From Meyerozyma guilliermondii (Eukaryota): a stretch of 64,000 nt of DNA. The stretch lies in assembly GCA_051546255.1 (NCBI GenBank), contig CP128819.1, positions 806,001-870,000 of the forward strand. The letters are read 5' to 3'. The number at the start of each line of letters is the position of its first letter. The first letter of the stretch is position 1. Positions 1 through 10,800 of this stretch are shown one piece after another. Made by a program: the position numbers and the translations under genes. The notes beneath the pieces were generated by a model, which saw nothing but the letters and a program-made list of their open reading frames with translations, was not told the origin of the DNA and ran no database searches.

Positions 1-1707
1 ATGGCTCCTCCACGGAATCTTGTGCTTCTTATTCCCACTAAAAAAGGACCAGCTTCTATTTCCGTTCCTGTCAACCAGGACATTTCTGGCCGGGAAAGAA
101 TCTCTCAAACCTCAATTCTTGAAGGTTACTTGACAAACTTCAGACAGAATTCGCCAGATGCTCCATCGGTGAACGTGGCTAAGCAATTGCAAAGAGTGAG
201 TGAGTTGGTTCCAAAGTATGCCAAGGTTGCTCCTTTGCCCCATACAAAGCCATTGAAGCACGAGGACTTCACGGCAGACTGTGGAACCATCATAAACTCC
301 TTAGGAGACGGCATGCTGGAGTCTGTACAATCGTATAAGCAGTCGTTGGAATACTCGCTTGCTGAAACAAATCCGCCCAAATACTTTAAAGAGGCCAAGA
401 TTCTCAAAAAGGAAGCGAATTGGGCTCATGGTGGACACTATGACTGGCGGTTTTTCGCCGGGTTGATCAACTTCACCGACAGACAACCACCAGTGTTGCA
501 TGGCCTTTTACAAGCGTATCTTAAATTTGCAAATGCAAATAATATAACCACTTGGGTGGCTCATGGATCGCTTTTATCGTGGTACTGGAACGGCGTAGCT
601 TTCCCATGGGATAATGATATCGATGTCCAGATGCCCATCCAGGACCTTCATCGTCTTTCACGAGAGTTCAATCAGAGCATGATCGTTGACCTTGGTGGAG
701 AGTCTGACCAGGAAGTAAGATATGGTCGATACTTTCTCGATTGTGGAACATTCATAAGTCATCGCACGGCTGGAAACGGGAACAATAATATTGATGCTCG
801 GTTCATCGATGTCGACACCGGCTTTTACATTGACATTACTGGGTTGGCAATTTCTGACGAAAGGGCTCCCACTCGTTATAACGATTTACTTCCGGCTGAG
901 CTCTCACGACAATCTTTGGATGCCACCATCACCGAACAGAGCCGTAACGAGTATCTCCAGGCCTATAATTGTCGGCATCATCATTTTGCCCGGCTCAATG
1001 AGCTCAGTCCATTGAGTTTATCTGCGGTTGAAGGTCAATTTGTCTACGTTCCTGCTAACTATGAGCGGGTACTTATAAACGAATATGGAGTCAAGGGAAT
1101 CATCAATGAAGTATTCAAAATCTTCACGTTTGTGCCTCGATTCCAACTCTGGATACCGACGCGAGACCTCAGGCGTTTCACCAATAACCACGACATAAAG
1201 TGGTCAGACGAGCAAACATGGAAGTATTGGAGTGAGCAAGACCATATCCAGTTTTTGGCCCAGAATGAAGATTTATTGACGGAATACGTAGCCACGAGGA
1301 AGATGACACTGTTGCATAACGAGGAAATGAAGTTGCGGAGAAAACGCAAAAAGAGTGAAAAGTTTGTCGTTGACTGTATTGAAAAGGATCCACTGTTGAC
1401 CAAATTAAGACATGATTATTTTTCGTTTTTGGTATCTAATCATGACTATGACTTCCGCATTCGAGATGACGAGGTTAAGAGACAATATAAAGAGCTCGAT
1501 CAGGCGCTAGCAGAGCAAAATCTCGACAAAGTGGAGGAAACTACAAAGACAATTGAGTCGGAAACGGCTGCAAATAATTTACCGGAAACCGACCAAGAAC
1601 CCGAGAACATAGATTCTCTTCCAAAAATACAATCCCCAGAGGAACAAAATGACGCTACAATGAGAAGACCAGTTCCCAACCCAGTCGACTCAAACCAATC
1701 TTGGTAA
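1..1707 (+). CDS. Mnn4/Mnn14-like LicD-family mannosylphosphate transferase, probably 5'-truncated by the window edge
   Basis: GGHYDWRFF, WVAHGSLLSWYWNG and FPWDNDIDVQMP (DxD) motifs, plus NIDARFIDVDTGFYIDITGL, typical of the fungal Mnn4/LicD family. No N-terminal TM anchor is visible, so the true start probably lies upstream. Confidence 0.85.
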   Translation: MAPPRNLVLLIPTKKGPASISVPVNQDISGRERISQTSILEGYLTNFRQNSPDAPSVNVAKQLQRVSELVPKYAKVAPLPHTKPLKHEDFTADCGTIINSLGDGMLESVQSYKQSLEYSLAETNPPKYFKEAKILKKEANWAHGGHYDWRFFAGLINFTDRQPPVLHGLLQAYLKFANANNITTWVAHGSLLSWYWNGVAFPWDNDIDVQMPIQDLHRLSREFNQSMIVDLGGESDQEVRYGRYFLDCGTFISHRTAGNGNNNIDARFIDVDTGFYIDITGLAISDERAPTRYNDLLPAELSRQSLDATITEQSRNEYLQAYNCRHHHFARLNELSPLSLSAVEGQFVYVPANYERVLINEYGVKGIINEVFKIFTFVPRFQLWIPTRDLRRFTNNHDIKWSDEQTWKYWSEQDHIQFLAQNEDLLTEYVATRKMTLLHNEEMKLRRKRKKSEKFVVDCIEKDPLLTKLRHDYFSFLVSNHDYDFRIRDDEVKRQYKELDQALAEQNLDKVEETTKTIESETAANNLPETDQEPENIDSLPKIQSPEEQNDATMRRPVPNPVDSNQSW

Positions 1708-1771
1708 GACAAAATAGCATTATAGTAATACATTGAAATTGTCTGCAGTGCGGGGCCGGCTTGTCTGCAGT

Positions 1772-1781
1772 CCGCCAATCA
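1772..1781 (+). promoter_or_regulatory. CCAAT box (CCGCCAATCA) upstream of COX13
   Basis: CCAATCA matches the Hap2/3/5 consensus. It lies about 55-60 bp before the ATG, and the same 10-mer precedes COX4. Confidence 0.6.
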
Positions 1782-1833
1782 TCGTTCGCAATTCTCACGC
1801 CATAAACTTCATTCTTGTAGACAACCCATCACG

Positions 1834-2241
1834 ATGTTTAGAAGAGCCGGCCAACGCACCTTTGCCCGCTTCAACTCCTCTGGTCACGGTCATGTGTCCA
1901 AGTACATTTCCGAGTCCGCTTTCCCACATGTGGACAAAAAAGCTGGTGAAGAATTCATCAAAAAACAATCGGAAAAAGCTCAACATTCCGAAGGAATTAC
2001 CAACACCTGGAAGAGATTGACTTACTTGATTGCATTCCCTGCCATTGCATTGACCGCCATTCCAGTTGTGAACATTGAAATGCATCACGCCGAGCACAGA
2101 AAGCACTTGAGAGAGCTTCCCGATGAGGAATGGCCCACTCAGTATGAGTACCAAAACCTTAGACAAAAGAAGTTTTTCTGGGGTGACGGAGACAAGACTT
2201 TGTTCTGGAACTCTGACATCAACAGACACATTGAGTCTTAA
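1834..2241 (+). CDS. COX13: Cytochrome c oxidase subunit VIa
   Basis: Mitochondrial presequence, WKRLTY..IAFPAI TM segment, and YEYQNLRQKKFFWGDGDKTLFWN, the COX6A signature. Confidence 0.97.
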   Translation: MFRRAGQRTFARFNSSGHGHVSKYISESAFPHVDKKAGEEFIKKQSEKAQHSEGITNTWKRLTYLIAFPAIALTAIPVVNIEMHHAEHRKHLRELPDEEWPTQYEYQNLRQKKFFWGDGDKTLFWNSDINRHIES

Positions 2242-2265
2242 GTAGAGCAGATGAATAAATGCGAT

Positions 2266-2350
2266 AAGAGAGAGAGAGAGGAGAGAGTAGAGAAAAGAGT
2301 AGAGAAGAGAGTAGAGAAGGGAGTAGAGAAGAGGATAGACAGTAGAGGGA
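2266..2350 (+). repeat. GA-rich low-complexity / ~12-bp tandem repeat (GAGTAGAGAAGA-like) in the COX13 3' region
   Basis: An (AG)n run followed by about four copies of gagtagagaa(g/a)(a/g). Confidence 0.8.
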
Positions 2351-2512
2351 CGTGAAGCTTTACATCTCGCGATGAAAGCAGCACGCAGTACCACTAGAAG
2401 TAATATCCTACAAGGAAACCTCCGTCGAATATCATTGGTTATTATACCAGTAAAATACTTCTTCCCTTCCACTTTCGATCTTCCCCTACAATTTCACCTT
2501 AAGTCTTGTATT

Positions 2513-3988
2513 CTACAAGGTGGAAAAGATATACAAATTGTTGGTGGCTGCGATGGCCACAGAATCTTCACGTGGATGCCACGATAAATGGAGAATGCTC
2601 TTCTTGAAGTCAATATTATCGAAATCATTTCCTCCACTTCCAACCCCACTCATTAGTCTCCGTCTGGTTCCACTATTTCCCATCTTCTTTGATTTAAAAG
2701 CAGATTTATCCGCCTGTAAAATGATCTCTTCTTGTTCCTCATCACCCATTTGTGACGATGGTGATTGGGGGTACGCATCGGTTGGAAGACCAGGCGATTC
2801 AACATCATTATCTTCGTCGTCGTCATCTTCGTCGAAAACATCTTCCTTTCTTCTGTTCATCTTGGTTTTGATTTCACTGCCTCCGTTGACAATATTAGGA
2901 TATATCATGAAGCTATTGTTGTATGATCCAGTCATAACCGACTTGCTATCGCCACTGAACTGTACTTCGAACTTGTCAAAGATGGCATCGTTCTCATATG
3001 TATCGCACAATCTATCCCGCAAATGTTCATGAACATTTATCGTCTTGACGGGTTTCAGTTCCATAGCCAAATCCCAAATCTTAACCGTCATGTAGTCTCG
3101 AGATACGATATATCTTCCGTCGTGGCTGAACTTGACGTCAGAAATAGACGACGTTATCTCGGTGAAAAAGTTGTGCGAAGCAGGGTCCAAGTATTCCTCG
3201 AACACTTTGGCATGCGAATCACACAACGAATTGGATCTCATATCTGACAATTTGATAGTGCCCTTCGACGAAGAGTACATTAATAAATTACAATGATTGG
3301 GATGGAATTCGGCACTGGTAATTACCTCGGTCAACTCTTCCATGTTGGCCGGTTTGATGTCCACGATGTTGAACGATTGGTCAGAAATGCCCAAGTTCCA
3401 CAAATTGATTCGAAGATCATCGGACGACAAATAAGTTTCCTGGTCCGAATTGACAGATATCGAGTTTATATGGTAGGCATGGGCGTTAGAGTAGATCTTC
3501 TTCGGTTGTGCCAGAATTAATTTATCATGAACTGTCAACTTGGGCAAACGTAAATTGTCCACGTTAAACGACGTGGGAAGTTGGTCTGCACCCTTCAAGT
3601 TGTTCTCGCTCACGAGCTTCACTTGTCTTTCAGCCACTTTCCACAACTTGATCGTCTTGTCATTGGTGGAAAGTAGGTAAAGGGCATCATTGGAGCTTCT
3701 GATCCATTTTATCTTGTTGATTTTCTCTTCGATTTCCAACGACTTCAAGTAGTCAAACTCGGCGTCATGACTTTGAAATTCGGTGAAAAACTTGTACTCA
3801 CAACTGTGCTTTTTCTTTGAATGATTGCGTTCGAATAACACCACTCTACCGCCTTTATCTCCAGTAGCCAAGAAATTTCCGTCATAATTGAACTCTACCG
3901 TGGAAATTATATCGGCTTCCGTAACGTTTTCAATGTCTCCCTTATCACCAAAGCATTGGGAGAACTTCCAACTATCTTCCATCGTCAT
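2513..3988 (-). CDS. CDC55: PP2A regulatory B55 subunit
   Basis: [52 protein letters not shown] and [15 protein letters not shown] motifs. Confidence 0.98.
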   Translation of the reverse strand: MTMEDSWKFSQCFGDKGDIENVTEADIISTVEFNYDGNFLATGDKGGRVVLFERNHSKKKHSCEYKFFTEFQSHDAEFDYLKSLEIEEKINKIKWIRSSNDALYLLSTNDKTIKLWKVAERQVKLVSENNLKGADQLPTSFNVDNLRLPKLTVHDKLILAQPKKIYSNAHAYHINSISVNSDQETYLSSDDLRINLWNLGISDQSFNIVDIKPANMEELTEVITSAEFHPNHCNLLMYSSSKGTIKLSDMRSNSLCDSHAKVFEEYLDPASHNFFTEITSSISDVKFSHDGRYIVSRDYMTVKIWDLAMELKPVKTINVHEHLRDRLCDTYENDAIFDKFEVQFSGDSKSVMTGSYNNSFMIYPNIVNGGSEIKTKMNRRKEDVFDEDDDDEDNDVESPGLPTDAYPQSPSSQMGDEEQEEIILQADKSAFKSKKMGNSGTRRRLMSGVGSGGNDFDNIDFKKSILHLSWHPREDSVAIAATNNLYIFSTL

Positions 3989-4424
3989 GTTGAAATATTT
4001 CTAAATATGAATTTCCGCCACTTTTTTCCAACCCAAATGAACACAAGGTGGCCGGTACACTTAAAGTTGTCAGCGGGTATGTCCTGAAGGCTCAATGTTG
4101 CAAGAAAAAAAAAAACTTGATCTTTTCGAGCCGAACGGTGTAAATTTGTGTCGAAATTGACAAGTCGGTTATCGAGGTTATTGTGCAGTAAACAAGCCAA
4201 TCACTAAACTGCAGCTGAAAAACTTCCAAATCGACGATAAAAGTTCCTCAAAGTCAAGTTGGTATTGGTGTACAAATGGAGTTGTACCTAGCAATGAAGT
4301 CCAACTCCTGATCAATGACGGGATGTGTACAGGACGGAGCGTGGGTGTGTGGGTGCATATACAATACTATTTTTGTTGAGGTGATTTTACGCCTTGTATC
4401 AGATGTGTGTATTGCTATTAATAC

Positions 4425-4784
4425 TTAGGCAGCCTTCTTGGCGGCATCAGCAGGGTTGACCTTTCTGTCAGTGTTGAATCTCTTCCTTTGAGGAGGAGTT
4501 CTGACTCTTCTGTCGGTTCTGGATCTGACTCTGACAATTCTGGCGTGGATGGCACAGGAGACACAGTAGTGCAACTTGTTGTACAACTTTGGCACGGCGT
4601 ACTCAGAGTAGACCGAAGCCTCAGACAAATCTCTGACAGCGGCGGCTTCAACCATGTTTCTGATGGTGACTCTCTTGATGGCCTTATCCTTAGGAACACA
4701 TCTGGCACAGTTCAAACATCTGACTGGCTTGACGTGACCTCTTCCCTTCTTGTTTCTACCGTTGGAAGCTCTCTTTTTTGGCAT
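4425..4784 (-). CDS. RPS26: 40S ribosomal protein eS26
   Basis: [23 protein letters not shown]...[16 protein letters not shown]. Confidence 0.99.
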   Translation of the reverse strand: MPKKRASNGRNKKGRGHVKPVRCLNCARCVPKDKAIKRVTIRNMVEAAAVRDLSEASVYSEYAVPKLYNKLHYCVSCAIHARIVRVRSRTDRRVRTPPQRKRFNTDRKVNPADAAKKAA

Positions 4785-4785
4785 G

Positions 4786-4980
4786 CTGAGTTAGTAACGA
4801 CAGATAATTATTTGTTGGGGTTGGTTTAGTCGAATTAGAATTTTTCATTTGATTTTTCATCGTCCATTATTGTCTCAATCACATCTCTTTACGGTGTCCA
4901 GCGGGTTTATATCGTATCCTGTGGTTTTCATTGTTCATATTTCAACGCCAGCGCAACGCCCTCAATATACCGATACTTAC
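4786..4980 (-). other. Spliceosomal intron (195 nt) in the RPS26 5' UTR
   Basis: Minus strand: GTAAGT donor at 4980-4975, TACTAAC branch point at 4796-4790 and CAG acceptor at 4788-4786, one nt before the ATG. S. cerevisiae RPS26 genes also carry 5' UTR introns. Confidence 0.85.
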
Positions 4981-5160
4981 TTGTTTAAACTGTTAAGAAT
5001 AATCCACTGGAGTCGCAGTGAAAGTTTTGCGAGCGGTTGTGCGAGGCTCAAGTCACGAAAACGTGATCCGCGGGCTCAGCCCTGAAATGCATATATGCCG
5101 GTTGGTGCTTTGGGTGTTCTGGTCGCGCTTATTTGCATCCTTTCACCCACAGTAAAGGGC

Positions 5161-5170
5161 CCGCCAATCA
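5161..5170 (+). promoter_or_regulatory. CCAAT box (CCGCCAATCA) upstream of COX4
   Basis: CCAATCA Hap-complex consensus about 60 bp before the intron donor of COX4. Confidence 0.6.
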
Positions 5171-5230
5171 ACGACTGCCTTGTGCGCGCAGTGTTAGCTG
5201 ATTTTCAAACCAGCTAAGACGACAGTGAAA

Positions 5231-5526
5231 GTATGTATACCATCAGAAACAAAGATAGTGAAATGGTGTGAGATAATATGGTAGGCGGAAGCAGAAAACT
5301 TGCCTGAACTTGAATTCGACCTATGCCCCACATACGACCGGAATTGGTCCATGATACCATGCATTTGAAAGACAACTTCCGGTTTATGATACAAGTTCCG
5401 GTTTATGAGACAACATCCGGATCACAACTTCCGACCTGACAGCTTCTGTTCGACCTTTAGCTGCCCCGCAGATTTTTCACCATCACTTTTATCGTTACTT
5501 GATTTTTACTTGATATACTAACTCAG
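5231..5526 (+). other. Spliceosomal intron (296 nt) in the COX4 5' UTR
   Basis: GTATGT donor at 5231, TACTAAC at 5516-5522 and CAG ending at 5526, immediately before ATG 5527. S. cerevisiae COX4 also has a 5' UTR intron. Confidence 0.85.
5372..5448 (+). repeat. Degenerate tandem repeat (ACAACTTCCGG core, 14-19 bp units, ~5 copies) inside the COX4 intron
   Basis: ACAACTTCCGGTTTATGAT / ACAAGTTCCGGTTTATGAG / ACAACATCCGGATC / ACAACTTCCGACCTG / ACAGCTTCTG. Confidence 0.8.
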
Positions 5527-5991
5527 ATGCTTTCTCGTGCTCTTCGTGTCACTCGTAACACCAGACTCTTGTCTACTTCTAGAGTACTTTCTCTGGCTCC
5601 AGTGAATGTCAATCAAAAGACTGCCAGCAAATTGGCCGAAGTCACTGGTCCGGATGGATCTTTGATTGGTCCTGGTGCTAAGGAAGGTACCATTCCAACC
5701 GATTTGGACCAAGCTACTGGTTTGGAAAGATATGAAATCTTGGGTAAGAGAGAAGGTATTGATGTGTTCAACTTGGACAAGCCTATCTTTGAAGGATCTG
5801 GTACCATGAAAGACCCATATTTGGTTCCAACTTATATTGGACATCGTTACGTTGGATGCAGAGGTAAAGGTGGTGAGGAACACAAAGCATATTGGTTAGA
5901 TGTCAAGGAAGGTACTCCAGCTAGATGCTGGCAATGTGGTACTGTGTACGCTGCCAAGTACTTGGGTGAACCCGGCCACCACCACCACTGA
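5527..5991 (+). CDS. COX4: Cytochrome c oxidase subunit IV (COX5B family)
   Basis: Presequence, GPGAKEGTIPTDLDQATGLERYEILG, RYVGC and RCWQCGTVY zinc ligands. Confidence 0.98.
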   Translation: MLSRALRVTRNTRLLSTSRVLSLAPVNVNQKTASKLAEVTGPDGSLIGPGAKEGTIPTDLDQATGLERYEILGKREGIDVFNLDKPIFEGSGTMKDPYLVPTYIGHRYVGCRGKGGEEHKAYWLDVKEGTPARCWQCGTVYAAKYLGEPGHHHH

Positions 5992-6214
5992 TTATCACCA
6001 CTGATCATGAGCGATGATCGTCGCATAGAACATCTTTGACCGGTAGGGCTAAGTATCAATTCTACATTACGTACTAGCTGTAGCTAAGTGTAGGCGCCGT
6101 TTAGTTTATTTTACGAAAAGCCACTGTGCGGCACTATCCGCTTCGGCGTTCGGCCCGTGCGACCACAATATTTAAACTGCAAATTGCCAGGGTGCAAAAA
6201 ATTAAAGATAAAGT

Positions 6215-7306
6215 ATGCTGAAGAAAAAGGTTTTGTTTCTTGCTGAACCTAACCAGGACTTGCCTGAGTATCGTCATTTCCAACACTTGTATGAGTGTAT
6301 TCCATACCAATTGACCACCAGTGAAAAACTCATAGAGGATTTCAAAACGTCTTTGAAAGACATCGAAGCCATCTATGCCGCCTGGCTCGGATTTATTCCT
6401 CTTGGAGGGTTTGCTAATGAAATCTTGGCCAATTCTCCTCCCAACTTGAAAATTATTTCTGTTTGCTCTGTTGGTTACGACGGTTTTGACGAAACGGCTA
6501 TGGCCGAAAAGGGACTCATTTTAACCAATGTTCCCTCATCGGGAGCTGCCGAGCCCGTGGCTGATTTGGTGCTTTTCAATGCTTTGCAAGCGTTTAGGAA
6601 CTTTGGCTTTTGCACCCAAATTTTCAATGGTGAATTGAACAATTCCATGTATATCAGAAGACGGTTGCAAGACGGTGAGTTCGATACCAGTTCGGGTAAG
6701 CTTCAATTGGGCAATGGATCCACTCATGCCTTTGGTCAATCGTCAGCTGGAAGACCCAACATTAGTCCAGCAGGACATACTGTGGTGATAGTTGGTTTTG
6801 GAAGAATTGGACAAACCATAGGCTCGAGGTTGCATGGCATTGGTATGAAAATTGCCTATGTAAAGCGCACCAAATTGACCACAGTTCACGAACAGCAATT
6901 ACGGTATCCAGTTACATATTACAAGACCCTTGCTGATGCCAAAGATGTGGCAGATTTGGTGGTAATTGCTTGTCCTGGAACCGCCGAAACCAAGCATTTG
7001 GTTAATGCCAATGTGATCAATGCCATTTCCAAGCCGTTCAGAATTATCAATGTAGGAAGAGGTACCGTTATTGATGAGCAGGCATTGGTGGATGGTCTCA
7101 AGTCAGGTAAGGTTTTGTTTGCTGGACTTGATGTTTTTGAGTCGGAACCTAAAGTTCATCCTGAACTATTTGGTCGTCCTGATGTTGTGCTCACACCGCA
7201 CATTGGAGCTTCTACAATGGAGAATTTTGACCACACAGCAGAGGTATCGTTGAAAAACATTGACCATGTTTTGAGCGGAAAAGAGCCATTGACGAGAGTA
7301 AACTAG
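6215..7306 (+). CDS. D-isomer-specific 2-hydroxyacid dehydrogenase (YGL185C-like)
   Basis: SVGYD, GFGRIG Rossmann motif, INVGRG, GLDVFESEP and TPHIG catalytic R/E/H motifs are intact. Position next to COX4 parallels YGL185C. Confidence 0.92.
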   Translation: MLKKKVLFLAEPNQDLPEYRHFQHLYECIPYQLTTSEKLIEDFKTSLKDIEAIYAAWLGFIPLGGFANEILANSPPNLKIISVCSVGYDGFDETAMAEKGLILTNVPSSGAAEPVADLVLFNALQAFRNFGFCTQIFNGELNNSMYIRRRLQDGEFDTSSGKLQLGNGSTHAFGQSSAGRPNISPAGHTVVIVGFGRIGQTIGSRLHGIGMKIAYVKRTKLTTVHEQQLRYPVTYYKTLADAKDVADLVVIACPGTAETKHLVNANVINAISKPFRIINVGRGTVIDEQALVDGLKSGKVLFAGLDVFESEPKVHPELFGRPDVVLTPHIGASTMENFDHTAEVSLKNIDHVLSGKEPLTRVN

Positions 7307-7859
7307 AAGTTGCAAATTGCAGTTAAGCGGTAAAGTTTAGCGGCTTAGTTGCAAGTCCAAAAGTTGAAAAGTTTGTTTTCAGCCTTCTGGCTGCTACATT
7401 TCAGTTTTGTATTAGACATAGACATTGTTAAGACACTTTTGATTGGAGTTATCTTACTCAATTTGCACTTTTATTTTTCACAAGTTGATAAAAGACAATG
7501 CTAATCATTTCAGCCTAGACGACAAAACCAAAAACTTACAGTAGTACTCAATCTTCAAAAGAATTAACCTACTTCTTTTCCATTAGTATCTCTTCGGCTT
7601 TCGGCACCCCACTCCATTCGCAGCATCGCACTTCTTAACTTAGCAATCATCTACACTCACCAAAAATTTTCCCAACTCAAGTAACCAACGTTGAGCAACC
7701 ACAAACTCTAAAAGCAAGCCCACCCTTCCTTCAACTTTGTCCTTCTTATCATCTACAAAACTTCCCCATTATCTCCCACTGTCCCCCATACTTTTGCAAC
7801 CGGTCGTGCCCTCACCGGGTGAATCGACATTTCCGTTCCACCTCCTTGCACATCCAACA

Positions 7860-10800
7860 ATGCTGTCGGTATATATCGGCGTGTACCGGGCAGTTTTTGA
7901 ATATGCTGCCCAGACAGACGAGGAGTTGAATTTGGCTGCCGGCGACATTCTCTATCTTCTTGAAAAGTCGGATGTCGATGACTGGTGGACTGTCAAAAAA
8001 CGAATCCTTCCCGTCGGCGATGAAGAAGTCGAAGAACCGGTGGGATTGGTTCCCTCAAACTACATTGAGGAAGCCCCAGTGGTGAAGACGGCGCGTGCGC
8101 TTTATGACTACGAAAAACAGACCGAAGAAGAGCTTTCGTTCAAGGAGGGCGACCGGTTTGATGTTTATGATGTAAATGATCCAGACTGGATTTTGGTGAC
8201 TGATGCTGCCCATGAGCATTTTGGCTTCGTGCCGGCAAACTATATAGATATGTCGGCTCAGCTGGGCGTGGCACTGGCGCCAGCGAACCCGCAAGCATTT
8301 TCAATGCCTCCGAAACATCCGAGCCAAATTAAACGGGACGCCGAGCTCGACGTTTCTCCAAAGCAAGAACAACCTTTAAAGACCGTTGACCAAGACTACG
8401 AGGAGGCTCCACCAAAGCCAGCGAGACCGACAAGTAACGATTTCGTTAACAATTCTCAAACTGAAAACGAACTCAATCTTCATGACGAAGAAGAAGACGC
8501 TCCTCCTATGCCGTCCAGACCTGGACCCAGCGCCGCCACTACTCTGAGCTCGATCAATAGAGAGCCGGCAGTAGCTCAATCCTCTCAAGATTACCCTAGG
8601 ACAGAAGATGTTGGAGACCAGCAACATAGCTATGACGGTGAGTTTTTCACCTGGTACATCGATGAGGTTGATGGTCGTAAAAAGAGACCCGTGGTGTTCT
8701 CGATCGGCAAGGGAATGATAGTCACCAAGCCAAATTCCCAGAACCCGAAGAAATTGAAACTAAAGTCGGCTTCCACCCTTGATCAAGTATGGAGAGTACG
8801 AGATTTGAAGGACTACAGTAACGAGAAAAAACATCTATTCCTCGAATTGACGAATCCAACCACCTCACTCGAGCTCCATTGCGGTCTGAAGGACGTTGCT
8901 GAAGCCATTGTGTCCATATTGGCCGACCTAAAAGGCGCAGAAGAAGCCAGAGGCTTGCGCGAAGTTGCCCAGGCTTCCCAAGCGTCTACTAGTGGGAAGA
9001 ATCGTAAAATTGGTACCCTTATGTTTGACTTTACTGCTCAAAGTCGCGACGAACTTGAAAGCAGAGAAGGTGACGAAGTGTACATTATTGATCAATCGAA
9101 GTCGAAAGACTGGTGGATGTGTGAGAACGTTGCTACGGGACGCCAAGGTGTTATTCCTGCTTCGTACATCGAGATTGTGGGCACTTCGAACCTCGACAAG
9201 ATGACCGATGGTGTTCAGAGACGTAGATCGCAAAAGGCACCCAAGGGAAAGGTGGTTGAAAAGAAGCATCAGCATCGTCGTCGTTCGAGAGATGAAAGAG
9301 AAAGAATTCGAGAAAGCGATCAACGTCATCGTGAACGTGACCAGCCCAGCAATGGTCGTGATAGTGATGGAAAATCATTGCCCAACTACCATCGTCTTAG
9401 AACCTGGATTGACAGCACCGGATCATTCAAAGTGGAGGCGGAATTTTTAGGGTTTGTCGACGGCAAGATTCATTTACACAAGACAAACGGTGTCAAGATT
9501 GCGGTCGCAGCTACAAAGTTGTGCTTGGAAGACTTGGAATACGTAGAGAAGGTGAGCGGAACATCATTGGAGACCTACAAAGAACAGGTTTCAAAGCACA
9601 CGCCCAAGAAATCCGAGGAAGGTCGTAGCAGGTCTGCAACAGCTGTTATCAACAGCGTTTCTCCAACGAAAGAAAAGTCACTGGGTTCGGGTACTATTCC
9701 TCCACAATCAGATCCCGAGTATGATTGGTTCGAGTTCTTTCTTCAATGTGGTATTGATATTGGAAACTGCCAAAGATATACCATCAATTTCAACAGAGAG
9801 CAGATGGACGACAAAATCTTGGAAGATATCAATCCTTCACTTTTACGCACTCTTGGTTTAAGAGAGGGAGATATTATCAGGGTGATGAAGTATTTGGATA
9901 ACAAATTTGACAGGAAAAAGGAAGAACCAGTTCAGCAAACTGCTACAGGCAGTCTTTTTACCGAGCCTACAGGTGCATTGAGAAATAACAGCTCGACAAC
10001 AGAGGTGTCCAAAGTTGATGCCAAGGCGTTGCCTTCACCAAGAAAGCCAGAGACTCTAGTGGAAAATCCACCACAACAAGTGAATAAGCTAGATGATGAT
10101 GCATGGGCCATGAAGCCAGCCGCTCGCTCTAATGAAGATTTACTGAGAGTGAGATCACAAACTCCACAATACACTGGGTCTCTTCAGGACTTGGTGGATA
10201 TTAAGCCGTTCAAGGTGAATGACAAACCAATGCCCGCTTTACCTACTGAAGCCAAGCAAGAGCCTGCACCATCAGCTCCAGCTTTGAAGCCGGTTCAAAC
10301 TGGGCCATCCATACAACCTGGTCAACAATTTGCAGCTAACAAAACCGGTTCTACTACTGTGGGCGGTTTGGGAGCTCAAACAACGGGAGGTCTCGTTCCA
10401 GTACAAAGAACTGGCGGGTTGGTTCCAGTACAGCGGACTGGTGGTTTACTTCCAATGCAACCCACCGGATTTGTGCCTATAACCGCACAACCCACAGGGT
10501 TCATACCCATCCAAGCTACTGGCTTGCAACCTCAAATAACCTTTGGAATTGTTCCTCTTCAAACAGGAACCGCAACTTTCACGGCCACTCCAACCGGTCC
10601 CCAAGCATCAATGCCTCAAACTACTTTTGGGCAGCAGCAGCCACAATTACAACCTTCGACTACTTTCGGAGGAATGAACAAAGTGCCACTTCAAATGACT
10701 GGCGGGGCCATGCCTGCCACCTCATTTGGTCAACCAATGACATTGCAACAAACTGGACCATTGGTTCCAGCGCAGCGCACAGGAGGCACTCCTTTTGGTC

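Noticed and set aside
1795..2472. 225-aa minus-strand ORF with LLYS repeats
   Set aside because: Antisense to COX13; the repeats are just the GA-rich 3' tract read backwards.
7737..7859. N-terminal extension of SLA1 from a TTG start
   Set aside because: Non-ATG start in a eukaryote; homology begins at ATG 7860. The non-ATG extensions of FUN14, AIM23 and ALG7 were trimmed for the same reason.
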